NCBI GenBank assembly: GCA_028694645.1
Contig: JAQVKM010000002.1
Location: forward strand, 112,149 to 176,148
Reading direction: 5' to 3'
Length of the DNA: 64,000 nt
From: Bacilli bacterium
GTDB taxonomy: Bacteria; Bacillota_I; Bacilli_A; RF39; UBA660
Part shown: positions 49,657-57,946 of the stretch, in pieces
Position numbering within the stretch: position 1 is the first letter of the stretch
How the letters are laid out: the number at the start of each line of letters is the position of its first letter
Translations under genes and position numbers: made by a program
The notes under the pieces: generated by a model
What the model was told of the DNA's origin: nothing
What the model saw: the letters and a program-made list of their open reading frames with translations, nothing else
The model's database searches: none

Positions 49657-51054
49657 TTAATATCTATCCATATAATTAATATTAGTATCATTTTTTTTCC
49701 ATAGACAATCTCTATCAATTAATACAAGAGGCTTTTTTCTAAAACTATCACTAATATTGTCATCATTTTCAGAAAAAACATTTTCATTTAAAATACCAAA
49801 ATTAGAATTACATTTTCCTCTTGGATCAATATATATATATCCATCATTATTAATATCACAATAAAAATCTTCAATATCCTTTGTTTCAATATTTGTTTGA
49901 GAAAGAAATTTTTGAATTTCAATATATAAAATTGGTTTATTATTTTCATCATAAATAATTTCATATAACTCTGGTTTAATTACTCTGTAATGGTCATCAC
50001 AACTAGGATTGTTTCTTATCCACCCTATTTTTAGAACTTTACTTCCGATTTTAAAAACTAAATTTGACCAAGAATTTTCACCAATACAAGAATAATCACT
50101 TACTTCTTCTTGCTTCAATAGATTTTCAATTATTAATTTTAAATATTCATTTTTTTTACTCTTTATAATTGCACCAATTACTAAATGGTTATTTTTATCA
50201 AATGTTATTTTTTCTCTCAACTGGATTAATATATCGTTACTTTTTTCCAAATTTAAATTTAAATTTTGATCTAAGTTATGTATTATTTTAATAATATCGG
50301 ATGCATTAGAATATTTTACTACACTATCTATTTTTTCTTTTATTAAGATAGCTAATTCTTCATAATTTGAAATGATAAACAACAATTCAAATATATTTCC
50401 ACCACCTGCATTTTGTAATAGAATTTCAAAATTATTTTTAATATATTTAATTGCATATTTTTGATCTAAATTCAACATTTCCTTAACTAATTTATTTATT
50501 GAGATTCCTCTTGAAATCATAATAAAATTTTCAAAGTTAGTTTTCATAAAAGATGAAAAATATGGTTTTTCTTTAAATAAAAAAATTACATATGATACTA
50601 ATGTTGGACAAATTTTATCAAATATATTATTTAGTTTTGATAGAATTAATAAATCTGCCCCTGGAACTTTTATTATCCCTGAAATAAAATTTATTACATT
50701 ATTTGTTAAAATATCATTATCATTTAATGCCCTATTAAAAAGTTCATCAAAGTCACGAATTAATAAATCATGAAAATTTAAATTAGTAGCCATTTTTTGA
50801 ACTAGATATGCCACATGAACATCTTTAATATTACTAATTATATAATCATATAAATTTAATATGATTTCTTCACCATCTGAAAAACAAAGTAAGACTTCAA
50901 TTAGATCCAAAAATCTCGGCTTAAAACCAGATTCTTTAAAAAATTCATCAATCTTATTATCTTCAATAGCTTTCTTTAAATCATTAACATAATCATTATT
51001 TGCATTGATTACTTTTTGTCTATGTTCTTCAGTGTAAAAATTACTAATATTCAT
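49657..51054 (-). CDS. hypothetical protein (465 aa); C-terminal third weakly kinase-like
   Basis: Long ORF behind module copy A. ...NLVFKIGSKVLKIG...YIEIQKF...DINNDGYIYID... is only suggestive. Confidence 0.55.
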   Translation of the reverse strand: MNISNFYTEEHRQKVINANNDYVNDLKKAIEDNKIDEFFKESGFKPRFLDLIEVLLCFSDGEEIILNLYDYIISNIKDVHVAYLVQKMATNLNFHDLLIRDFDELFNRALNDNDILTNNVINFISGIIKVPGADLLILSKLNNIFDKICPTLVSYVIFLFKEKPYFSSFMKTNFENFIMISRGISINKLVKEMLNLDQKYAIKYIKNNFEILLQNAGGGNIFELLFIISNYEELAILIKEKIDSVVKYSNASDIIKIIHNLDQNLNLNLEKSNDILIQLREKITFDKNNHLVIGAIIKSKKNEYLKLIIENLLKQEEVSDYSCIGENSWSNLVFKIGSKVLKIGWIRNNPSCDDHYRVIKPELYEIIYDENNKPILYIEIQKFLSQTNIETKDIEDFYCDINNDGYIYIDPRGKCNSNFGILNENVFSENDDNISDSFRKKPLVLIDRDCLWKKNDTNINYMDRY

Positions 51055-51137
51055 ATAATCACCTACTAAAATTATACACTAAAAAACGAACTAAATAAAT
51101 CTCTCGTTTGTTTTCTCTTGGGGCGCTAATTGGCCCC
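51055..51137 (-). repeat. terminator-promoter-RBS module, copy A, with adjacent GC-rich hairpin
   Basis: Minus strand: ...CGCCCCAAGAGAAAACAAACGAGAGATTTATTTAGTTCGTTTTTTAGTGTATAATTTTAGTAGGTGATTATATG. GGGGC/GCCCC stem at 51120..51137. Confidence 0.75.
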
Positions 51138-51270
51138 GTATAAGAAAAATTAGGCTAAAAAAAGAAATTTGAGATAAAACTCAATTTAACTGATTTAATT
51201 ATATATCAAGTATTTTATAAAAATCAAGTCATGTGATATAATTATTTAGAAAGAATTTTGGAGGTAAACT

Positions 51271-52431
51271 ATGATAGATATTAAATATAAAGAAATGTAT
51301 GATGCATTTATTAATCACTATAAAAATAAACACGTTAATCCTTGGCATGAAATTAGTGAAGAAGATTTAAATCAAATATATAATAGTATTATTTATAATT
51401 ATAATATTGATAATGATTATTCTTTTAATTATTTGATGAATGTTGTTATAAAACAACTAAGTGGTATATTAGATGCTCACACTCAATATGAAGATGTCCA
51501 AAGAATTTCAATAAATTTTAGAATAATTGATAATGAGGTTCTAGTAAATTATCCTAATCAATTAAGAGGATCAATTTTATTATCTATTAATGGAGTCAAT
51601 ATTAGTGAAGTGGTTAAAGAATTAGATAGTGTAATTACCTATGGAACAGAAGGCAAGAAAAAATATGAAACTGAAAAAGCATTGTTCAATAAAAAAATAT
51701 TATTTGGAATACCATTGTTTAGAAATTCGAATTCTTTGATAATGAAATTTAAAACAATTGATGGAAATATAATTATTAAAGAATTTAAGAAAAATGAAAA
51801 ATATTCAAGTGATGAAATGTTTGATGATATAGAATATAGATATGGTAACCCAGGAACTTATAAAATTGAAAATGGCAAATTAATAATAAACCATTCTTCT
51901 GTCCAAAATAGATACAAAGAAAATATTGAAAATATGATAAACGAATTGAATCAACTGGATTTATCAGAAATAGACACAATAATTGTTGATATAAGAGGTA
52001 ATACAGGTGGAAATTCAGCACATAATAAACCATTAATGGAATTCATTAAGAATTCTAATAAAAAAATACTGTGTTTAACTGATTATAGAGTGTTTTCAGG
52101 AGGAAGATATGCTTTATTAGATTTAGTAAGATTAGGTGCAACTACTATAGGTAGTGAAATATCTACACCATTAAATTGTTATGGGAATTCAGATTGGTTA
52201 GAATATAATAATCATTGGTTTTCTTCATCTTCTTGGTTTTTAGCTCCAAACATTGGATGGGGTGCTTCATCAAAAGAAGAATATATTTCTGAAGTAAATG
52301 AAGAAATTGTAACACCAGTATTTTTTAAACCTGATTTTTATATAGAACAAAATAAAGAAGATTATATAAATGAAATTGATACGATATTAAATTGTGTATT
52401 AACATATGATAGAATTCTTAGTAAAAAATGA
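51271..52431 (+). CDS. peptidase S41-like protein (cytoplasmic)
   Basis: IVDIRGNTGGNS matches the S41 DxRxNxGG box. A PDZ-like segment (ILLSINGVNISEV) and VFSGGRYA follow. GGAGG RBS. Confidence 0.45.
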   Translation: MIDIKYKEMYDAFINHYKNKHVNPWHEISEEDLNQIYNSIIYNYNIDNDYSFNYLMNVVIKQLSGILDAHTQYEDVQRISINFRIIDNEVLVNYPNQLRGSILLSINGVNISEVVKELDSVITYGTEGKKKYETEKALFNKKILFGIPLFRNSNSLIMKFKTIDGNIIIKEFKKNEKYSSDEMFDDIEYRYGNPGTYKIENGKLIINHSSVQNRYKENIENMINELNQLDLSEIDTIIVDIRGNTGGNSAHNKPLMEFIKNSNKKILCLTDYRVFSGGRYALLDLVRLGATTIGSEISTPLNCYGNSDWLEYNNHWFSSSSWFLAPNIGWGASSKEEYISEVNEEIVTPVFFKPDFYIEQNKEDYINEIDTILNCVLTYDRILSKK

Positions 52432-52647
52432 TGTTTTAAAGCCATCATTTTTACATGTACCAAAAAATATTTTTTTTCATAGAAAAAGCCGAACTATTAC
52501 TAGTTCGACGATTTATCAACATGGGGCATAAATGAAGTATCGTGCTAACTTCTAATCTATTTAGATTATAGCATAATATCATCCAATATTCAAATAATAT
52601 CTCCATTTTCATTATTAGCATATGATCAAAATAAATATTTTTTATAT

Positions 52648-53271
52648 CTAATTATTACGTCTTTTAATCATAGATTTGTTTTTATTAGTTATTTCTTCAC
52701 CTGTATCTAAATATACAAGAGGAATATCAAGTCTATATTTTTTCATAATCTCCACTATATAAGAATATTGATTTTCGTGTATTCCTTCATAATATTCATC
52801 ATAATTTAAACTTCCTAATTTTCTAATCCTAATTGCTATTGCTTTTACATATTCAAGAGGTATACTATCTTTTATTAATAATTCATCAGGCATAACTCCA
52901 CAATAATTATTTATAGGATTTGATATTTTTACACCTATTTTTTCTAATATTATTGGATCAATAACAAAAGTTGGACTATAAAAATAATTTTGCCAAGCAT
53001 ATTCATAGTGAGCAGCATGTAATTCTTTTTTATATCTTTCGTAAAATTCATTATTATTTTTATGAAATGCAACAGAAACTGTATCAAATTCATTATTACT
53101 CTTGCTTTTTGGAAATCTAATAAGATTTCTTTCTAATAGACCATTTATATTTAATATTATTTTTTCTTTTAATATACTACTAAAAATATCTATTTTACTA
53201 TTGGTAAATTCAACATAATGTCCACTTGTACCATGATATAAATATTTTTCTATATTTTCCAAATAATTCAC
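52648..53271 (-). CDS. hypothetical protein (about 205 aa)
   Basis: Long ORF. The start is GTG 53271 or, with better spacing from GAGGTG, TTG 53262. Confidence 0.5.
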   Translation of the reverse strand: MNYLENIEKYLYHGTSGHYVEFTNSKIDIFSSILKEKIILNINGLLERNLIRFPKSKSNNEFDTVSVAFHKNNNEFYERYKKELHAAHYEYAWQNYFYSPTFVIDPIILEKIGVKISNPINNYCGVMPDELLIKDSIPLEYVKAIAIRIRKLGSLNYDEYYEGIHENQYSYIVEIMKKYRLDIPLVYLDTGEEITNKNKSMIKRRNN

Positions 53272-53375
53272 CTCATTTGATCAAATTATATTAACATAAA
53301 TTAAATGTAAAAACAAGTTTTTTGATTTCTTAAAAATATTTAATTTTTTTATTAATAAACTATTCTATATTAGAT

Positions 53376-53429
53376 TTATGCACTAAAAAACGAACTAAAT
53401 AAATAGTCCGTTGATTTTCTCTTGGGGCG
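53376..53429 (-). repeat. terminator-promoter module, copy B (-10 box degenerate: GCATAA)
   Basis: Minus strand: CGCCCCAAGAGAAAATCAACGGACTATTTATTTAGTTCGTTTTTTAGTGCATAA. 9-bp stem AACGGACTA/TAGTTCGTT plus a T-run. Confidence 0.7.
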
Positions 53430-53660
53430 TAAAATCTACCGATTTCGAGAACAAGAGCAAAAAAAATATAGATAGCAATTTGCTACCCATATTATAATAT
53501 ATATTATTTATAAAAGTCAATTTTAATTTTTAGAATTATTATACTAGTTTTGCTATATTCCAAGAACTCAATAAAATCTTTCAGCGCTTCTTTTGTCTTT
53601 TTATTTTCTTTCATGATTGCATATACTGGAATTCCATTAGATTTATATCAAAATACTATA

Positions 53661-54368
53661 TTAACAAGGAACATCTAATGAACAAGAGTTATTTAATACT
53701 TTCTCCATATTTTCTCTGTATATTTGTTGTAACTCTTCACGTTGTTCATCGTTCAATAATATACTAGGATCTGTTTGTGATTCAACTGTTCCTATATGCA
53801 CTCCAACAATATTACCCTCTTTTACAAATACAACTGTTGGAACATATAATCTTTTTATTGTTTCATCATTTAATCCTTTATATGATCCTAAATAATCTGA
53901 CAACCTAGTCAATAAATTATAATATTCGTCTGTTCCTTCTTTATCAACAATAACGTTACCATTATCATCCAAACTTTTTTGATCTCTAATAGACATATCA
54001 TTAAAATAATAAATAGTTTCTAAACCCGTTTCTTTTGCAACTTTGACCAATTCAGGGGCAGCATTTCTACACCACGGGCATTCTGGATAACCAAAATAAA
54101 TAACACCTGTACCACTATCCAAAACACTAACAATCTCATTATAGTTAGAATATTTAATCACATTTTCTTCAATAATATTAATTTCAGTATGTTTATTAAT
54201 TCCATCAGCTTTAAGTTTATTATTTAAATTTTCATACTCTATCATAAACTTTATTGCATCTGTTGTTGATTCTTTATAATTTTTGTTTTTATAATTATTA
54301 TAAATACTAAAACCAGCTATTGATAATAATGCCATAAGTAGTATTATTATTATCACCTTTTTTTTCAT
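53661..54368 (-). CDS. membrane-anchored thioredoxin-fold protein (CPWC), paralog of 831..1553
   Basis: YFGYPECPWCRN, ...GTDEYYNLLTRLSDYLGSYKGLNDETIKRLYVPTVVFVKEG..., terminal CSLDVPC. AAGGAG RBS. Confidence 0.7.
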   Translation of the reverse strand: MKKKVIIIILLMALLSIAGFSIYNNYKNKNYKESTTDAIKFMIEYENLNNKLKADGINKHTEINIIEENVIKYSNYNEIVSVLDSGTGVIYFGYPECPWCRNAAPELVKVAKETGLETIYYFNDMSIRDQKSLDDNGNVIVDKEGTDEYYNLLTRLSDYLGSYKGLNDETIKRLYVPTVVFVKEGNIVGVHIGTVESQTDPSILLNDEQREELQQIYRENMEKVLNNSCSLDVPC

Positions 54369-54403
54369 ATTTTCTCCTTTATGATAGCTTACTTTATTTG
54401 ATA

Positions 54404-54970
54404 TTAAAATCCATTTTTTTCTAAGAATGAATTAAGAACTTCTGATTCTACATAACCAGTTTGAGCATCAATAAGTTTTCCATCTTTCACAATAAGAAGC
54501 ATTGGTGTTGAACCAAAGTTTTCTTCCATATAATTTTCAAATCCACTTACTGTTTTCATTTCTGTAAGAATGTCATAACTATCTTGATCTTTAGTACCAC
54601 CAGCATTAAAATCAATAATTTTAGCTATGTCAATATAAAGCGTATTTAATTTATATTTATTAGTTGCCTCAGTCAATAATGGTACAAATTGAACACACCA
54701 ACTACAGCTAGATCTACCAATATAAACTACTGTATTTTCTCCTTTAGTTTTACTAGTTAATTCACTCGCATCAATCTCTTCGAATGCACTAACATCATAA
54801 TCACTATTTGACTCACTCGTATCCTTTTCTTCAACATCAGAACTATTTTTAGTTCCAAGCGATGAACCATTATTAATAAGAAGTACTGTATTCAATGTTA
54901 AAATTACTATAATCACTATTGAACAAGTAAATATCTTATTTAGTATCTTTTGAATATCATTATTTTTCAT
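54404..54970 (-). CDS. membrane-anchored thioredoxin-family protein (CSWC), bacteriocin-transport-accessory-like
   Basis: N-terminal TM segment, VVYIGRSSCSWCVQFVP, GGAGGTG RBS. Confidence 0.65.
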   Translation of the reverse strand: MKNNDIQKILNKIFTCSIVIIVILTLNTVLLINNGSSLGTKNSSDVEEKDTSESNSDYDVSAFEEIDASELTSKTKGENTVVYIGRSSCSWCVQFVPLLTEATNKYKLNTLYIDIAKIIDFNAGGTKDQDSYDILTEMKTVSGFENYMEENFGSTPMLLIVKDGKLIDAQTGYVESEVLNSFLEKNGF

Positions 54971-55063
54971 ACTTTCACCTCCATTGTTATTATTTTATCT
55001 TGGTAATATGGAGATTGTATGGAGATTAAAAAAATGAAATATTTTACTATTTCATTTAAATTG

Positions 55064-56458
55064 TTATTTTTTATTTGGCAATATTACTGTAAATTTCGTT
55101 CCAGAATTTAATTTACTTGATACTTCTACTTTTCCATTATGAGATTCAACAATGCTTTTTACAACATAAAGTCCAATACCTGAACCACCTGTGTTTCTAT
55201 CTCTTGATTTATCAGCACGATATAAGTATTCAAAAATATATGGCAAGTCTTCTTCTGATATTCCAACACCATTATCTTTAATAGAGAATGTAGTATTCCT
55301 TTTTGATTGATTTACCTCAATATAAATTGTTCCATGATCATCACTATATTTTATAGCATTTGATAGAAGATTGATAATAACTTGGCTTATCTTATCTTTA
55401 CTAGCATATATAAAAATTGGTTTGTCAATAGAATTGATTTTTAGTTTCTTAGCATATATTTCAGTTTCAAAAGTTTTTATAATACATTCAATTGTTTCTG
55501 ATAAATCAAATTTAGTCTTTTCCAACTTTATCTTTTCATTACTAACAGAAACAAGTTTATCAATTTCAAAAACCATACGTGATAGTCTTTCGGATTGCAA
55601 TTTTAATCCTGCGAGTCGATCATTTGTAGGTTCAAATATACCATCAATGATAGCATCAATGCTACTTTGAATTGCTGTTAAAGGGGTTAAAAATTCATGA
55701 GTAAAATCACTAGCCATTTGTTTTTTTAATATTAATTGATTATTAAGGTTACTTGTTAAAACATTAACACTATTAGCAAGTTCATCTATTTCTTTTGTAT
55801 TAGTATTTAATTCTATCTTTCCAGAATAATCACCATCTGATATATCTTTAGTTTTTTTTATTACTTTCTTTATTGGGTTTGCAATTTTGTTAGCACTAAC
55901 CACTCCTAAAACTATTGAAATAACAAATGATAATACAGCTATAAATATAAACACATTGTTAAATGCTTGTACAAAACGATTATCACTTTCATTAAAGAAA
56001 AATGGTCCATAATAGCCAATAGAAATATATCCTAAATATCTATCATTTTTTTCAATAGCAAGTCTTTTATCAACATATTCACCTTTAAAATTTGGATATA
56101 TATCACTCATCATTTCTTCTGCACTTTTAAGAGCATGATTACATTTCTCTGCCTTTATGCAAGATATACAAAATATTTCAACATCATTTTTATCGTAAAC
56201 ACTTAATATTAAATTTTGCTCTAATAGGTTATCACCAAATTCTTTCAAGAACTCTAAACTTGGTGGTGTTCCATCTTGTGAATAAGCATTTACAATTACC
56301 TGTTTTATTTCTTCATTTTTAATATCTTGCTGTTCCAAAATGTATGTTTGGAATTGTTTTTGGAAGAAATAATTACTTACTATATACAACAACAAAACTA
56401 AAAACATTGATATAAGTATATACGATATTGTTAGTCTAAATTTTAAATTAAATTTCAT
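55064..56458 (-). CDS. sensor histidine kinase (two TM, HAMP, HisKA, HATPase_c)
   Basis: H-box FTHEFLTPLTAI, N-box LLSNAIKYS, G-boxes DNGVGI and GGSGIGL. Confidence 0.9.
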   Translation of the reverse strand: MKFNLKFRLTISYILISMFLVLLLYIVSNYFFQKQFQTYILEQQDIKNEEIKQVIVNAYSQDGTPPSLEFLKEFGDNLLEQNLILSVYDKNDVEIFCISCIKAEKCNHALKSAEEMMSDIYPNFKGEYVDKRLAIEKNDRYLGYISIGYYGPFFFNESDNRFVQAFNNVFIFIAVLSFVISIVLGVVSANKIANPIKKVIKKTKDISDGDYSGKIELNTNTKEIDELANSVNVLTSNLNNQLILKKQMASDFTHEFLTPLTAIQSSIDAIIDGIFEPTNDRLAGLKLQSERLSRMVFEIDKLVSVSNEKIKLEKTKFDLSETIECIIKTFETEIYAKKLKINSIDKPIFIYASKDKISQVIINLLSNAIKYSDDHGTIYIEVNQSKRNTTFSIKDNGVGISEEDLPYIFEYLYRADKSRDRNTGGSGIGLYVVKSIVESHNGKVEVSSKLNSGTKFTVILPNKK

Positions 56459-56476
56459 AATTTCTCACATTCCTTA

Positions 56477-57154
56477 CTAATCATTAAACTTATATCCAAA
56501 TCCTCTTACAGTAATTATATATTTGTATTTAGCATCTTCAATTTTACTACGAATATTTTTTATATGTGAATCAATTGTTCTTTCAAATAATTCATAAGAG
56601 TCACAAGATAATATTGTCAGCAAATCATCACGAGTATATGTTCTTTTAGGATTTTTTGCTAATGTTGAAAGAATTTTGAATTCGCTTGGTGTAAGATTAA
56701 TAATTTGGTTATTTTTTTCTACTGTAACACTATCAAAATTTATTCTTAAATCGGCATTATTAAAGGATAATACATCTAAAACTTGATTATCTATTCTTTT
56801 AAATAATGAGTGTATTCTAGCAACTAATTCTTTTGGACTGAAAGGTTTGGTCATATAATCATCAGTTCCAAGAGAAAAACCATTTAATTTACTATCTTCA
56901 TTAATCTTAGCAGATAACATTATTATGGGAACACTAGATTTTTTGCGAATAGTTTGGCAAACATCTTCACCACTAATTTCTGGCAACATTAAATCTAACA
57001 CAATTAAGTCTAATTCATTACTTTCAAATATTTGTAAAGCTTCTCTACCAGTGGATGCAGTAAATACTTTGAACTCTTCTTTCTCTAAATATGCTTCTAT
57101 AGTTTCGATTATTGATTTTTCATCATCAACAATTAGTATTTTCTTTTTTATCAT
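56477..57154 (-). CDS. OmpR/PhoB-family response regulator
   Basis: ILIVDDE, LDLIVLDLMLP, KPFSPKEL, winged-helix C-terminus ...VRGFGYKF. Confidence 0.9.
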   Translation of the reverse strand: MIKKKILIVDDEKSIIETIEAYLEKEEFKVFTASTGREALQIFESNELDLIVLDLMLPEISGEDVCQTIRKKSSVPIIMLSAKINEDSKLNGFSLGTDDYMTKPFSPKELVARIHSLFKRIDNQVLDVLSFNNADLRINFDSVTVEKNNQIINLTPSEFKILSTLAKNPKRTYTRDDLLTILSCDSYELFERTIDSHIKNIRSKIEDAKYKYIITVRGFGYKFND

Positions 57155-57184
57155 ACATATCTCCTCGCATTTATTATTTAGTTT

Positions 57185-57928
57185 TTAAAGTAACATACTT
57201 ATAATCATTAAAATTATTCCTAAGGTAATTCCTATAATTACGATTTTTTTATTTTTTATTTCCTTAATTTGATTTAATAACTCAAAAATAGTTATATAAA
57301 TAATCATTCCTAGAGTAACTGCAAGTAATATACCCTCTAATAATTCGTTCATTACATATATATAAGCAATTATTCCTCCTACAAATGTAGAAAGTGATAT
57401 TAATAAAGTGATTAGGAAAGTTTTTAACTTACTTTTATTCTTTTTATAGAAAGTTGAAGCAATAACCATACCTAAAGGAATATTATGAATACCTATTCCA
57501 ATACACATCATAACTCCTGACTTAAATGATATTATAAGGGTATTATATAAAGCAATACCTTCAATTACATTATGAACTACTAACATTAAAGATGAAACAA
57601 TTCCAATATGATATAAATTTAATTTATGTTCATGATCGTGAGTATGATTATGTTCATGGTCAGAAATAAATTTATCTAATACTTTAAGAAGTGCCATTCC
57701 AATTAATAAACTAATTGCTAGTACAAAAATATTGAGAGGAATATTTATATGTTCAGTAATGATTTTATAAGTTTCTGGGAGTATTTCTAAAATACCCAAA
57801 GAAATCATTACTCCAAATGCCACACAAATTGAAAAATTAATAAATTTGTTGTTGTTGTTTGTAAAGAATACTAAAACAGTTCCTAATATGATAAAGAATC
57901 CTACTAATAGTGTTAATAATAATACCAT
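57185..57928 (-). CDS. ZIP family metal (zinc) transporter
   Basis: Eight-TM protein with His-rich loop HEHNHTHDHEH and HNVIEG/HNIPLG motifs. Confidence 0.8.
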   Translation of the reverse strand: MVLLLTLLVGFFIILGTVLVFFTNNNNKFINFSICVAFGVMISLGILEILPETYKIITEHINIPLNIFVLAISLLIGMALLKVLDKFISDHEHNHTHDHEHKLNLYHIGIVSSLMLVVHNVIEGIALYNTLIISFKSGVMMCIGIGIHNIPLGMVIASTFYKKNKSKLKTFLITLLISLSTFVGGIIAYIYVMNELLEGILLAVTLGMIIYITIFELLNQIKEIKNKKIVIIGITLGIILMIISMLL

Positions 57929-57946
57929 ATTTTCACTCTTTCAATT

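Noticed and set aside
47199-53429. Idea that the repeated hairpin modules are integron attC sites bounding gene cassettes
   Set aside because: The arms do not fit the RYYYAAC / GTTRRRY core sites. No intI-like integrase is present. The hairpin plus T-run plus TATAAT plus RBS layout is fully explained as a terminator-promoter unit.
53504-53614. 36-aa minus-strand ORF (MKENKKTKEALKDFIEFLEYSK...) between the CPWC gene and module copy B
   Set aside because: It has no RBS (GCAATC precedes the ATG) and is too short. It may be a remnant of a disrupted gene at the element boundary, but this cannot be supported from the sequence alone.
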